From Phyllobates terribilis (Eukaryota): a DNA stretch of 64,000 bases. Made by a program: the position numbers and the translations under genes. The notes beneath the pieces were generated by a model. It had not been told where the DNA came from, searched no databases, and saw only the letters and a program-made list of their open reading frames with translations. Below, piece by piece: positions 28,293 to 42,759 of the stretch; the first letter of the stretch is position 1; the number at the start of each line of letters is the position of its first letter. Location of the stretch: positions 451,608,001-451,672,000 of the forward strand of contig NW_027362761.1 in NCBI RefSeq assembly GCF_046119375.1. The letters run 5' to 3'.

Positions 28293-29200
28293 GGCTGTGT
28301 GCCCACGATGCGTTTAAGCGTTTCCGCAGTGGCAAAAACGCTGCAGAAACGCTTAAAAAACGCATGGTAGAAGGCCTGCCATGTCCCCCAATGATAATCC
28401 GCATGTGCTGTGCACATGCTGTGGAAATTTCCGTTGCGGATTATCATTGTGGAAAAAAACGCAGCACTACCAATTATTTTGCGGAAGTGCTGCGTTTTCA
28501 CCGCCATTAACTTGCATTAGAACGCGCCAATTCCGCAAGACTGCATCTGTACTTGCGTAATTGGCGCGTTCTAATGTGCGGATGGTACCCGGGTGTAGAG
28601 GAGAGGAGACTCTCCTCCGGACCCGGGTACCATTAAAAAAGCTGTAAAAAAAGAATAAAATAAAAGATAAATGTATACTTACCTTCTGGCGGCCCGCGCT
28701 GCGCTCCTCCTTGCTTCCCGGCACTTCGCGATGGAATGAAGGACCTGCGCTGACGTCAGAGTCATGTGACGGGTCACGCGACGCTGACGTCGGCAGGTCC
28801 TTCAATCCACCGCTGCCGGCAGCCAGGACGGTGAAGCAAGACAGCACGGGCCATCGGAGGGTAAGTATATATTTATTTTTTTATTTTTTGACATTCTCTC
28901 GGGTCACACTATATAAATCTATGCCGTTTGCATGGATTTATATAGTGTGACCAAGTTGACAAGCACTTTCCAAGTGATGCTAAAATCGCTTGGAAAGCTC
29001 TTGTCAACCCACATGCGGAAATGCAAGTGAAGAACGCTTCACATCCACATGTCCCTGGCAGGAAAAACGCATGTACAATCTGCATGTACAATCTGCATGT
29101 ACAATCCGCATGTACAATCCGCATGAGTTTTTTTCTGCCAGGGAGATGCAGAAACGCTCAGGAATAATTCTGAGCATTTCTGCATCGTGGGCACATAGCC
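28293..29200. mobile_element. PIF/Harbinger-type MITE, 908 bp
   Basis: TTA TSD on both sides and TIRs GGCTGTGTGCCCACGATGC / GCATCGTGGGCACATAGCC, with nested internal palindromes. Confidence 0.8.
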
Positions 29201-30200
29201 TTAGGTGCGGATTACATGCATTTTTGATGTGTTTCCACCACAGAAACGCACTAAAAATGCACGTGCGTTTTTAACTGTGGATTTTCCGCATTTAATGCAA
29301 GTCTAGAGGGAAAATCCACTCAGAAAGCTCAGCGTACCCACAAGAGATATTAACATGTTGTGGATTTAAAACACGCACCACATGTCAGTTTACGTGGAGT
29401 TAAAAAAAGCAGGGGGCAGGAGATTTCTATAAATCCCATCCACTTTGTTGGAACTGTGAGACGCTGCGTTTTTGAAGCAGCAAAAATACACAACATGAAA
29501 AATTCATCCTGGGCACACAGCCTAACTATGACAAAAATAAATGAAATAACAAGCTACAGAGGAGGATTAATTGTAATCCAGCAACTGGATATACATTTTA
29601 TTCAAGACACCATTGGACTTTTCTTACTACTGGGAGAAAGGCGGTCTTATATCTTATATGACTATAGGGGGAAAAGGTAAAGACAAACAACTTTTTTAAG
29701 ACAGCAACTGTATTCACAATGGCACCAAAAATAGTCTTTTCTGAGGATGGTCTTCTTAATGTATGTTAATGCACACAAAGCTTGGCAACTCACCAGTTCT
29801 GCTATAGGTTTCAGAAAAAAAATCACAAAAAAAAAAAAGTGTACAGAGGAAAAACAATTCAATATACCTAAATGGGGCAAAAGATACACTCATGAAATAT
29901 ATGAATAATCTCTTATGAAGCGTGTACCTGTATATAGCAGCAAGACAAAAAGTATTATGTCATATTTTTGAGCAGTCCAACGTTATATTTATTGTCACCT
30001 TCTCTGCTCCCTCCAGTTCTCTAGCACCCCTGCACTGCCGTCAATCAGGAAATACATTGACGCTTTGATGAAGAAAGCCAGGGAAGATATTTTAGGCATC
30101 TCCTCCTTCTCTGGGTCCCTTTTGTCCCACATTGCATTTCTTTTCATATGACATAGCAGAGGGAGAAGGGTCAAATATTTGACGTATGCACTCTTTTTAA

Positions 30201-33200
30201 CCACTTCGCACCAGAGCCTGTTTTTGCCTTCGTGACCGGGCCAATTTTTTCAATTCTGACCACTGTTACTTTATGAAGTAATTGCTCTGGAACGCTTCAA
30301 CGGATCCCCCTGATTCTGAGATTGTTTTTTCGTGACATATTGTACTTCATGATAGTGGTAAAATTTCTTTGATATCACTTGCGTTTATTTGTGAAAAAAT
30401 AGGAAATTTGGTGAAAATTTTGAAAATTTTGCAATTTTCAAACTTTGAATTTTCATGCCCTTAAATCAGAGAGATATATCGCACAAAATAGTTAATAAAC
30501 AACATTTCCCACATGTCTACTTTACATCAGCACAATTTTGGAACCAAAATTATTTTTGTTAGGGAGCTATAAGGGTTAAAAGTTGACCAGCGATTTCTCA
30601 TTTTTCCAACAAAATTTACAAAAACATTTTTTTAGGGACCACATCATATTTGAAGTCACTTTGAGGGGTCTTTATGACAGAAAATACCCAAAAGTGACAC
30701 CATTCTAAAAACGGCACCCCTCAAGGTGCACAAAACCACATTCAAGAACTTTATTAACCCTTCAGGTGCTTCACAGGAATTTTTGGAATGTGGAAGAAAA
30801 AAATTAACATTTAACTTTTTTTCACAAAAATGTTACTTTAGACCCAATTTTTTTTATTTTCACAAGGGTAACAGGAAAAAATGGACCCCAAACTTTTTTT
30901 TGCAGTTTCTCTTGAGCGCGCTGATACCCCATATGTGAGGGAAAACCACTGTTTGGGCGCACTGCAGGGTTCGGAAGGGAAGGAGCGCCATTAGACTTTT
31001 TGAATGTAAAATTTGTTTGAATAATTAGCAGACGCCATGTTGTGTTTGGAGAGCTCCTGATGTTCCTAAACAGTGGAAACCCCCCACAAGTGACACCATT
31101 TTGGAAACTAGACCCCTTAGGGAACTTATCTAGATGTGTGGTGAGCACCTTGAACCCCAAGCTGCTTCACAGAAGTTTATAATATTGAGCTGTAAAAATA
31201 AAATTTTCACATTTTTCCCACAAAAACGTTTTACATCCCTTAATTTTGCATTATCATAAGGGTAATAGGATAAATTGCACCATGAAATTTGTTGTGCAAT
31301 TTCTTCTGAACACGCTGATACCCCATATGTGGAGGCAAACCACTGTTTGGGCGCACGGCAGGGTTTGAAAGGGAAGGAGCGCCATTTGACTTTTTGAATG
31401 TAAAATTTGTTTGAATAATTAGCGGATGCCATGTTGCATTTGGGGAACCCCTGATGTGCCTAAACAGTGGAAACCCCCCACAAGTGACACCATTTTGGAA
31501 ACTAGACCCCTTAGGGAACTTATCTAGATGTGTGGTGAGCACCTTGCACCCCCAGCTGCTTCACAGAAGTTTATAATATTGAGCCGTAAAAATAAAATTT
31601 TCACATTTTTCCCACAAAAAATGTTTTTCATTCCCTAATTTTGCATTATCATAAGGGTAACAGGAGAAATTGCACCATGAAATTTGTTGTGCAATTTCTC
31701 CTGAACACGCCGATACCCCATATGTGGGGGGAAACCACTGCTTTGGTGTACGGCAGGGTTCGGAAGAGAAAGGAGGGCTATGTTGGCTGGCATAGGTTGC
31801 AGACACCATGTCACATTTGAAGAGTCGCTGACATGCCGAAACAGCAGAAACCCCCACAAGTGACCCCATTTTGTAAACTACACCTCTCAAGGAATTCATC
31901 TAGGGAAGTAGTGAGTATTTTTTAATTTTTAAATTTATACCATTGGGCAGTGAAAAAAGCATAATTATACTTTTACCACAAAAAAATTTTTACCCTCAGA
32001 TTTTACATTTTCACACAGGGCAATGGGTAAAAATGGTGCCGAAATGTGTCACGCAATTTCTTCTAAAAGTGGCAATACCCCATATGTGGCTGTATCGTAC
32101 CGGTCAGCCATACGGCGAGATCTGGGGGGGGGCTGAGTGCTATTTGACAATTGGAGAACAAATTATTGTTGAATAGGTATTTGGATTTGGGAGCACAAAA
32201 TTTTCTGAATTTCTTTTGGGGGGCAAGGGCCATTTCGCTTTTCCAGAGCCTTTCTGCTACCAGTAACTTGGAAGTCCCTTATATTTTTAACAGATGACGG
32301 ACCTGAGTGGGGACTAGCTTTTTTTGAGGACTGAGTTGAAGCTTTTATTGGGAACATTTTACGTAACATTTATCCGGCGCTCTAGGCTGAGCACTTACAT
32401 CGGGGTTTCCATCTAAATTTCCAAGTGATGTAATTCAGATGAAACCCCTGCGGGATCCATTCACTATAATGAGGCAGCAGAGTTACTCTGGACTCCGTCT
32501 GGCCTCTGTTTAGCGGTGTCCTTTTTTTCAGAAGTGCACAAAACTGTGGCCAACCGCGCTTTTATGCACGCCTAAAACAAATGACACCGTGGGATCACAG
32601 GCCAGATGGCATCCACAGTGGCCTATATCTGCCTCATTACAGGGAATCTTCCGTCATGGGTTCCGTCTGAATCACGTATTTCAGAGATTTACACGGAAAC
32701 TCTGGTGTAAGTGCTCAGCGCAGAGCGCAGGATAAATGTGGGCAGAGCCTTACTGCGATCTTTGGGAGACATAATAAACAAATCAGTAGCAGGTGAAGAA
32801 TTGGTTTTATTTATTTTTTACGCCGTTCCTCCTGTGATATAACTGATTAGATTACTTTATTCTTCGGGTCGGTGCGATTACAGAGATACCAGATTTATAT
32901 CAGGATTTTATGACTGACAGCTGTCACACACTAAGAGATGCTTTTTTTTTGCAAAATCTAGTTTTTGCATCGCCATATTTTGAGAGCTATAATTTTTCCA
33001 TATTTCGGCCGACAAAGTCATGTGACGGCTTGCTTTTTGCGGGACAAGTTGACATTTTTATTGGTACCATTTTTGGGTACGTGACGTTTTTTGATCGCTT
33101 TCTATTCCGTTTTTTGGGAGGTAAAATTAACAAAAACCAACAATTCAGGAATTGTTTTTTGAGTTTTTTTTTTATGCCATTCTGTGTGTGGTAAAAGTGA

Positions 33201-34071
33201 TAAGGCAGCATTATTCTTCGGGTCAGTACGTTTACAGCGATACTACACTTGCTGTATATTTTTTTATGTTTTGGCGCTTTTACACAATAAAACAATTTTA
33301 TAGAAAAATATTTTTTTTGCATTGCTTTATTCTGAGCGCTATAACTTTTTTATTTTTCGGCTGATGGAGCTGTATGGCGGCTTTTTTTTGTGGAACAAGA
33401 TGACATTTTCAGCGGTACCATTTTTATTTCCATTTTGCATTTTGATCGCATTTTTTTCCCCCCGTTTTGTTTGGCGATATGATAAAAAAGCATACTTTTT
33501 TGCTCCGTTTTTTATTTATTTTTATTACGGTGTGCACAGAAGGAGTTAATTAGTGTGATAGTTTTATAGATCGGGTTGTTTCGGACGCGGCGATACCAAA
33601 TATGTGTACTTTTTTTGGTCTTGCATAAATATACGGATTTATTGGTTTAATATTTTATTTATTCATTTTTATTTATTTTGTGATTTTTTTTTTAACAGTT
33701 TAAAAACATTTTTTTTTACTTTTTTTTTTACATTTTTACTTAGTCCCTGTATGGGACATTAATTTTTATTTTTCTGATCACTGATCTCATGTAATCTAAT
33801 AGACATGTATTACATTACATGAGATCTTTGCTGACTGTTTCACAGTCAGTGTGTCCTGCCAGGCTTCAGCTGCAGGCTGAGCCTAGCAGGACACCATATA
33901 TGGCAGATCTGGAGGCGGTCATGTGACCTCCAGCTGCCATAGCAACGCCAGGTCCTGGAAGGTATCAGGGGTCGTCGGAGAGGTAAGTAAGACGACCCCC
34001 TCTCCTCTGTCTATCTTCTATATGCCGCGATCACTATAGATCGCGGCATATAGAACATAGCAAAGGGTTAA
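30201..34071. mobile_element. Large TTAA-type (piggyBac-like) non-autonomous element with internal ~394-bp tandem array
   Basis: Starts TTAA|CCACTTC. gataccccatatgtg recurs near 30923, 31317 and 31713. A foldback MITE is nested at about 32365-32750. The right end is uncertain. Confidence 0.55.
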
Positions 34072-34884
34072 CATCATCCAATCAGGTCCCGATGATGTCC
34101 CCTTTCAGAGCTAACGCTCTGCACCGGAATCGCATCGCTTGCAGGACCCTGGGGGTCCTGAGCGCTGCGAGACCACCCACCATTTTTAAATGTCGGCGCT
34201 GCACAGAGCCCAGGCGACTGGCCACAAATGCTATTCCACTCGGGGCTGAAGTAGCATTTCTGGCGTCGAAAACGGGGGCAAATTTAATGAATTTGACAGG
34301 GGGCGTAGACATGCCCCTTTCCCGGCTCCTCCCAGCTCCATCCATTTTGGTGGAGCTGATCCAAAGTAGCGTGAAAACACCAAAATATTTAATGAATCTA
34401 CCCCAAAGTGCTGATTTTCTTATAGAGGGCCGCTTTATATATACTATAATGTAATTGCAAATTGGTCACCAAAAATCATCCATCTATGTACGCACAATAA
34501 AATAAATTAAGAAACCTCTGCTATGAGAATATGAGCGTGTGTCAGCTGAATAGCGCTGATGTAGATGTTGACAAAACTGGCTAAATATATATTTGTATGT
34601 ATCCAGTTTCTATGCAGTATTCCTATCAATTATAGGATGCAGCTTGATATGTGTCAAGGCAAATTATATTGGTTTATGTCGCTGCGCTTCAGCTTGACAT
34701 GTAGTGCAGAAAATAAGAAATATATATTTATGTCAAAATAGAATTCATCTGAATGTGGAACAAGATATGATATAAGGTATAGCGCATTGCTTTTCATCAG
34801 TCATCCACCATCGTAGTAATCATTACACGTGTATAAGTCATTACTGACAATCTTCATATTAATCTCTTTACTTTGTATCTGCAG

Positions 34885-34996
34885 CGTAAAAGATGTTGCA
34901 TTAAATTTAAAGGATCCACAGCATCCTGAGCATGTCTTGGGAACAATATATTTATCTGTTGTCCTGTCTCAGAAGGACAGCGTCTGCATGGAAACG
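34885..34996 (+). CDS. MCTP1: MCTP1-like coding exon, 112 bp
   Basis: Acceptor ctgcag and donor gtgagt. Phase matches the previous exon (AG+C = Ser). Translates VKDVALNLKDPQHPEHVLGTIYLSVVLSQKDSVCMET versus MCTP1 PTDVTLTLKDPHYPDHDLGIILLSVILTPKEGESRDV. Confidence 0.9.
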
Positions 34997-35204
34997 GTGA
35001 GTCACTATATAAGAGGAATTATTAGTAGCAAATAATAGACGTCCATACTTTCACCAATAATACTGCGGATGTATGTGCATATGTTCTGATATTCAATAAA
35101 TGTGAATTTCACAATTACAGAGAGAGAATTATTTAAGTGAATACACATTGTACATGCATGTGCAGCTTGTACCTCTTATGGTTTTCAATCTAATCTGGAG
35201 AATC

Positions 35205-35414
35205 TAGGGAAGCTGCTACGACAGCGCTTTACAGACATTGTCATCACTGTCCCTATTGGAACTATATCAGTATGTCTTTGAAGTGTGGGAGGAACCAGAG
35301 TACCAGGGGAAAACCCACACAAACACGGGGAGAACACAAACTCCTTGTAGATGTTGTCCTTAGGACCCCAGGGCTGCAAAGCTTCAGTGGTAACCACTGA
35401 TCCACCATGCCGCT
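35205..35414 (-). mobile_element. tRNA-derived V-SINE-like element
   Basis: Minus strand has an A-box-like tggatcagtgg, central gggttttcccctggtactctggtttcctcccaca (V-domain consensus-like), and a tgtaaagcgctg tail. Confidence 0.7.
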
Positions 35415-35865
35415 GGTCCTTTAATTGTACCTGAGATAATTCTGTGGCTTGAGGACATCAGGCAGATATTCTGAAGGACCTTTTTGTGATATCCATTTAG
35501 GGCAGTGTTTGTCACTGGGTGATAATGGGTGATCTGTGTCAACTGGGTGGAGCCAGAATTGACCCAGACATGCCAGAAACCTTGTGCAAAAATAGAATGT
35601 CTGCCCCCTCCTACAATCATAGCTGCATCTTATATTGACTTATATTTAAACCAATAAAAATATTTTTACTGTTATTTTTTTGAAAAATAATTAATGTGCT
35701 GTTAATGACAACCTCCATGATGGTCTAGAGCAGTTAAAGGGTTAATCATAATATCCCTGGCCTGCTAGGGCAGTTATGGGGTGGAGATAACATCACTTGT
35801 GGTCTACGGCTGAGAAAGGGTTAATAATAAATTCCATCATAGCCCTGGGTGGTGATATGGGTTAA

Positions 35866-36310
35866 AGCACCACTCCAACATTTTTTGTTATTGCTGCACT
35901 GGAGTGGTGCCACTAATATAAGCTCCCTGCCCCTTGCCTAGTCTTATACTTGATACTTACTAGCCACTTTCCTCTTCTATTATGCACCGCTCTGGTCAGT
36001 CTTCTGCAGGTTGTGACCTGTCGGATCTCTCCAGTGTTTGCTGGAGTGAGTCGGAAGTTACAACTTAATGTAAGTCTATGAGAGCCAGAACGAGGCCAGA
36101 CTGAGGCTTTCATAGACTTACACTGAGCGCTTGTGACCATTACCCCTGACTTCAGGTCAGTCAGAAGTTGCGGTCACAAGATAGTGACGTGGCACCGGAG
36201 CGGCGGAGAAGAGTAGAAGGCAGTGGCTGGTAAGTATAAGGGGCAGGAAACTTAGATTAGTGGCACCACTCCAGCGCTGAAATTAAAAAAAAAAACGCTG
36301 GAGTGGTGCT
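35866..36310. mobile_element. Kolobok/T2-like MITE, 445 bp
   Basis: TTAA TSD and termini AGCACCACTCCA...TGGAGTGGTGCT. Confidence 0.85.
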
Positions 36311-36616
36311 TTAAAGATAATTGGTAGAGAAAAGAAGACGCTCTTTCGGCAGAGTGGCCTCTACACGCCCTGGATCCCTGTGCAGCTAAACAGGCCTTAT
36401 GCCCACCCATGCTTTGGAGGCATAGATGGTTGGCACTTACAGTATGTAGACATCTGTTGAAGGGGCTGATTGGGGCATCTGAGGTTGAGGCACTTCAGAC
36501 GGCACCTTTCTAATAAATGTTGAGGCTATAAAAATGGCGCATTGGAATAGGTTCACATTGTGCATTGGAAATCTGAGTGTCTAGCAAAACCCTTTAAGGA
36601 TGAGAAATGATACTAA

Positions 36617-36962
36617 CAAAGGGTAAATAGACCCAATTTAAGAGATATTGTAATTAATTAATATGGTCTAACAAATAAAGATTAAAATAACTCGGGTGGT
36701 ATTGTTGTGTATCATTTCTTTGGGACTCCTCTATGGGATATCACTCTTCTAAAGATAATTTATCTCCTACCCAGATTTATGGCTGCAGTCCACTAGCTAG
36801 GATAGCTTTTCTAAGGACAAATATAGAAGTCATTATAAGAAATGCTACACAGCAATACCACCTGAGTTATTTTAATCTTTATTTGTTAGACCATATTAAT
36901 TAATTACAATAACAGTTAAGTTGTAATCACATTATCCCTTAAGTTGGGTCTATTTACCCTTT
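36617..36962. repeat. AT-rich two-tier foldback of unassigned class
   Basis: 20-bp perfect outer IR caaagggtaaatagacccaa and ~74-bp inner IR (36647-36720 / 36837-36910). No TSD found. Confidence 0.75.
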
Positions 36963-37246
36963 GGGTAATTTATTAACACATTACATACACACGTCAATGG
37001 CTCTATTGGGGCTTTCATCTGAAGCCCTGAAAAATGGAGGATCCTCTGACAGGGCCATTGACTTTAATGAAGGTGGAGTCACTTTGTGCTCTGTCTGATC
37101 TCATATTCAACAACATCCGATTTTATTCAAGTGGGCACAAAAATACAGTCGACCATAGTTGTGTGTCCGTCCAAAAAAAAGGCGTATATTGCTGAAAATT
37201 AGGCTAGAAACAGCACAAAGTGACTCTGTCTACTTTACATTCCTGG

Positions 37247-37557
37247 TAGTGATGAACGAGTGTGTTCTGTTAACTCTTTCGGCGAGCATGCTTGGGTGCT
37301 CACAGAGTATTTACAACGTGCTCGAATGTTATCTTTGAGTCTCTCTGTGTGCATGATTTGCGACTGTTTGACAGCTTTAATACTTGTGAGGAATGCATCT
37401 TTGTTAGGCATTCCTCAAATGTATTAAAGCTGTCAAGCAGTCGCAAATCATGCACACAGAGAGACTCACACATAACATTCGAGCACGTTGCAAATACTCG
37501 GTGAGCACCCGAGCATGCTCGCCGAAAGAGTTAACAGAACACACTCACTCATCACTA
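37247..37557. mobile_element. hAT-type palindromic MITE, 311 bp
   Basis: TAGTGATGA termini and perfect 8-bp TSD ATTCCTGG. Almost the whole element is a hairpin. Confidence 0.92.
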
Positions 37558-40500
37558 ATTCCTGGGGGTGGAGTGAGACTGCTTTTGAATGTTGGAGGAT
37601 TCTGAAATTCAGAAACAAGTCGTTTAACATTGCTGTACAATTTAATTCAGTTTTCAAGGGATACATTGTGGCCATGGCTTAGAAACACATGCTTCAGACA
37701 CCAATATTCACATGTCTAAGAACAAATTATATAAAAACACTTCTACCGATACATATAAACACATACAGTATATATTGGCATGTATGTTGCTTATGATGGA
37801 TTCCAACTGTGGGTGGCATGACTCTTGTGCTACAGGAAGATATTGAATTTGTTTGATAAAACACAACCTAGATCTTGCCTTTGTTGATGACGTCCATAAC
37901 ACTAAATTAACCTTTTTCACAGCCTTTATCTATGCTCAAGTCGTCTGAGCCGGTAAGCAGCGTGTATCCTGTAAGGCCTATAGTCATCCCGCTGTGACCA
38001 AGTTACAATCCATTAACGCATGATTATGTTTGTTTCATTGTGAAATTCATTGCATGAACTTATTGTACAGATTACTAGCGATTACTAATGCATGTTCTGT
38101 CGTATATGAAAATTTACTTTGCAATTTATTAGTTTTCCTGCTTTTTGGTGACCAGTCTTGAAGCCTTCCAGCAATTTAGAACCAGGACAGCCCCTTGCCA
38201 TGTCATCTGGGGATGGGACAGATATTATATTTCTGTTATAGGGGCTGTATTACTTAGACAACCTACTTTTAAATAGGTCCATCTTCTCTAATCCCTGCAT
38301 ATCAGCTATTTTCCTCATACTTTGCTCCTACAGGGCAACTGCTCAGAAACTTTTTTGCTGTGTATGTAATGCATGGAGGGGCCAGGGGTCACATTCTAGC
38401 TCATAGTGAGTGGTCCTGAGCAGTCAACCTCCGTCAATAACGTGTATATAGAGGTGTCCTTCTTTTCCCTTCTTTTTGGCTTGAGATGAGTGGAGCGAGA
38501 TGACCAGATGAAAAATAAATTTTATGCTACTACGTTAGGCCCCATGAGTATTTCAAGGTCGTCTTTCCGCACTCATCTGGGAATGTCTTGAGCCAATAAT
38601 GTCTTCAGAAGACAACCCCTTTACATCATTGTAAATCACTTCATTAAGATCTCCAAAAGAGCACTGCATCTGTCAGAATGTAGAAAATTAAGGTTTGGAC
38701 CTGTAATGTTAAAAAGGTTGTTTACGACTTTTATATTTATGGCCTATCCACAGCATAGGCCATCAATATCTGTTCAGTGAGGGTGTGGCAGATAGAACAA
38801 TGCCGATAAACTGTTCCCGGTGCCACCGGATGTGCTCAGTTGAGGAGCGAAACTATACAGCACCGCAACTGCACGGTGGCCGCAGCCGGGTACTGCACCT
38901 CCACCCCTTATTGATTCTTGTATACAGTTGACGGAGCTGTGCACTCTACAAATGAGCACATCTGACTGCCGCCGGCACTGGGAAAACTGATCGGCAGGGG
39001 TGCCGTGTGTCACACCCACACTGATCAGTTATTGATGACCTATCCTAAGGAAAGGCAATCAATGTAAATGTCCCAGACAACCCTCACATCTCAGAATAGA
39101 AGTAAAATATTAAAGAATGAACTTCACATTTACTGTATTCTGGAAGGCGTATTGTGATATTTGTCGTCAAGGTGTGTATCCCATGTTTTATAGCTATAGA
39201 AGAATACACTTTGTTCAAAATGCAAAATATTTATTGTGTCCTATCTATACTTAATAAGGAAAACTTAGTAACATTTAATAAAATTGCCCAATTCACCTAA
39301 ATTGCAGAAAAGAAGAACTGTTTTAAAGTCATATTGAGGTTGGAGCTACATAGTAACTTATGTCTTATGACAGCAGTACTTAGGCAAATCACGCAGCCAA
39401 AATCATTTGTGTAACTTGCTGTTACACGACTATTTTTTTGTTGTGAGTTTTCTGTAAAACAAACCCAGCTGAATAGAAGACAAGTCAAATGCAATACATA
39501 GTCATAGACATACACTGGAAGGGAGAGAATGGCTGGTCCAAGGATCAACGTACCCACCATTCCATAGAAATCCAAGCCAAGAAAAACCCTTCTTGCAAGA
39601 AAACCCTAATCAATACTTTTCTTGATTTGGGCTTACATTGCCTATATTTTTTGTTTTAGTGAAAGTTGATTTCCAATTCATTGCAGCTTTTCTAGTTTTC
39701 TTGAATATAGAGTATAGAGATAGAAAATTTTTGCAGTTGATAAAAAAAATGTTCAGTTTATATTTATAGTTATTTCTTTCATCCAGAAGAATAGGATGGT
39801 CAGAGTACAATAAGGTGACTGGAAATCCCACCTCTATGCAAGCAGAAAGAAGACATTCTTGACGAGCTGATCAAATGTCTTGCTTGAATAGGGAGGTTAC
39901 TTTGTATAGCTGCGGATTTATCCTTGACATAAGCTACGGTATCTTTACTTAGAAAGGGCATTTCAATGTAGGCTTCTGACTAGATAAAAGATAGAAAAAA
40001 CATAGCTATTTGAAGCAATAGCTAATGTAAGTCTAGAGTGGAAACATCTTTTTTTTTTTCCTATTTCTAATTTCTATAAGCAAGCTGTTTTACTTCTAGC
40101 CTTTACAATAACCTTAGTTAACACATTGAGAACAGGTTTGAAGCTTTTGACGCCTACAGTGCCAATGCATGAATCAATGTTCTTTTGTGTTGTACACTTG
40201 TGTGGTGCAGTTGTATTTGCTGAATGATTCAAGCATTGTGATGTAGTTGCTTTCTGTGTATATTGATGCATGACTATTCTCCCCATTCGGTCAGAGGGTT
40301 TCGCCAAGTACTGGTCTATAAGGGCATATTCAGGGTACCTGTGGTTTACTGCATTTTTTATGCTAGTTGTATGTGTCAAATACAGTAGAAGATAATACAG
40401 TTTTGACAACTAATTTTGATTGACACATCGCATCTAGTTATGTTCAGAAATTCAATTCATATTCTATTTGTATAATGAGTCAGTTACTGAAAAATTCATT

Positions 40501-40611
40501 CCATACGATTTTCTGTTTGGAAAAGTTAATTCAATAATTGCTGATACTAAACATTTACTAAAAAAGTAACTTTATGTGCAGTTAGTAAAGAAGGGAATTA
40601 TGTCACTAGGA

Positions 40612-40680
40612 TAAACCCAGAGGAGCATTTAAGCTAAACCCAGAGGAGCATTTAAGCTAAACCCAGAGGAGCATTTAAGC
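40612..40680. repeat. Perfect 23-bp tandem x3 (taaacccagaggagcatttaagc)
   Basis: Three identical adjacent units. Confidence 0.95.
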
Positions 40681-40989
40681 CTCCTCATACTGGCATGTCA
40701 CTCTCCATAAGGAGATAACTTACCCCTTAGATACTAGGATAAACAATCATTTATATCTTTATATGATATTTCAGTATTGTTAAAAGGTTACTATTTTATA
40801 TTCGTTATTCATTTGTTATTGCATTAGTTATTTAAAAGTAAAAAAAAGGAAAACGATATTAATCTTAAAATTGATTTGAAACTTTATAAAAAACACTAGA
40901 TTGCATTTAATATATCATTAATCTATTATCTGAGACTAGAAAAAAATGTTATCATTAAAGGAAAGGTTTTTTTATTTTATTTATTTTTT

Positions 40990-42532
40990 ACTTTTTTTTA
41001 AGTTAGTATGACAGTTTTATTTCCACTTGGAATGTGCATATTGTAGATTCAGACTGAAAGCAGCAAAACCACAACAGAACACATATAGAAACAATATGTA
41101 AACAAACTTGTGTGAAATAAACCCGACTATGTGTTAAATCTTAGCTTTCTCAAACTTTTACTGTGATGATAGCTTTGCATTCCCTTTCCATTCTTTCGAG
41201 TAGCTTCATCAGATAGTCACCTGCTTTGGATTCCAATGAACAGGTATGTCAAGAGTTCACACGTTGAATCATCATCTGCCCTCAAAAAGTGTTTGCGATC
41301 ATCAGGTGTGTTTTGAAGAGGCAGTGTTGGTACAAAGTTATATAAAGTGTTGAATCCTATTCTACAACTGTTCTAAGCCAGAATATGGCAAGAACCACTC
41401 AACTAAGTAAAGAGAAACGACAGTCCATCATTACTTTAGGTCCTTCAATGGGAAAATTGCTAGTACCGTGAAGGTAACCTCAAATGCAGTCATGAAAACC
41501 ATCAATTGCTATGATGAAACTGGCTCTTATGAAGACTATCCCAGGAAAGGAAAACCAAGAATTACCTCTGCTGCAGAGCATAAGTTTCGTCCGAGTAACC
41601 AGTCTTAGAAACTGGAAATTAACAACACCTCAGATACGGACCTCATAAATGATACACAGACATCAATTATCAGACACAGCTCAACATCAGTCTGGAGGAG
41701 ACTGTAAGAAGAAGGCTTTTATGGTCGAGTTGATGCAAAAACACCCACTATTGAAGACCATAAACAAGAAGAAAAGACACACAATGACTAGATATCAGAT
41801 TAATAGCAATCTATACCGTGGTCTGTTGAGACACACTTTGAGATTTTGGTCCCATGTCTTTGTGAGATATTTAAAAGGTATGCAAATGGTATCTACACGT
41901 GTGGTGCCCACCGTAAAGTGTGGAAGGGGAGTTGTGATGGTGTGGTGGTGATTTGCTGGGGACACTGTTAGTAATTTATTCCAAATTCAAGGCACACTTA
42001 TCCAGCATGGCTCCCACAGCATTCTGCATTGACCTGCCATCTACTCTATTTGCACTTAGTGGGACAAACATCCAAAACACACCTCCAGACTATGTAAGGG
42101 CTGTATGACCAAGAAGAAGAGGGATGGAGGGATGCGTCAGATGACATAGCCTCCACAAACACCTGACCTCCTACCAATGCAGATGGTTTGAGATGAGTTG
42201 AACATAGAGTGAAAGAAAAGCAGCCAAAAAATATGCAGCACATCTGGGAACTCCTGATGGAAAGCCATTCAGGGAAATCATCTGATGAAGCCGCTTAAGA
42301 GAATTTCAAGGGCGTGTAAAGCTATAATCACAGTGAAAGGGTGGTATTCTGAGGAATCTAAGATTTAATACATATTCTGGTTTGTTTCATATGTGTTTCT
42401 TTACTTTTTGTTTCCATATGTGATCTTTTTTGATTTCGCTGTCTTCAGTCTGAATCTACAATGTGCACATTCCAATAATGACAAGGAAAACCACTGCGTG
42501 AACAGTTGTGTCCAAACTTTTGATTGGCAGTG
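40990..42532 (+). mobile_element. Old degraded relative of the DD38E transposon
   Basis: atggcaagaaccactcaactaagtaaagag at 41385 parallels the 16565 start. Ends gtgtccaaacttttgattggcagtg|TA. Many stops and deletions. The left end is approximate. Confidence 0.75.
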
Positions 42533-42759
42533 TACATGTTACTTTAAAAATCTTTGTTGAATAGTATAATACACTGTAGATTTTACACATATCATTCAGA
42601 GGACCATTTTGGCCTTTTCACTCACAGTAATCAGAATTCATTGCTTTTTAACTGCCCTGAATACGTTATCCTGATTAGGCCTTAACAAGGAATGAAGATC
42701 CCTCTGGCCGCTGTGGTGTTCATCGGAAAAATCATTACTACAATATATTTTGTTTGCAG

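Noticed and set aside
40612-40680. CRISPR-like or regulatory repeat
   Set aside because: Head-to-tail perfect copies with no spacers, i.e. a simple slippage duplication.
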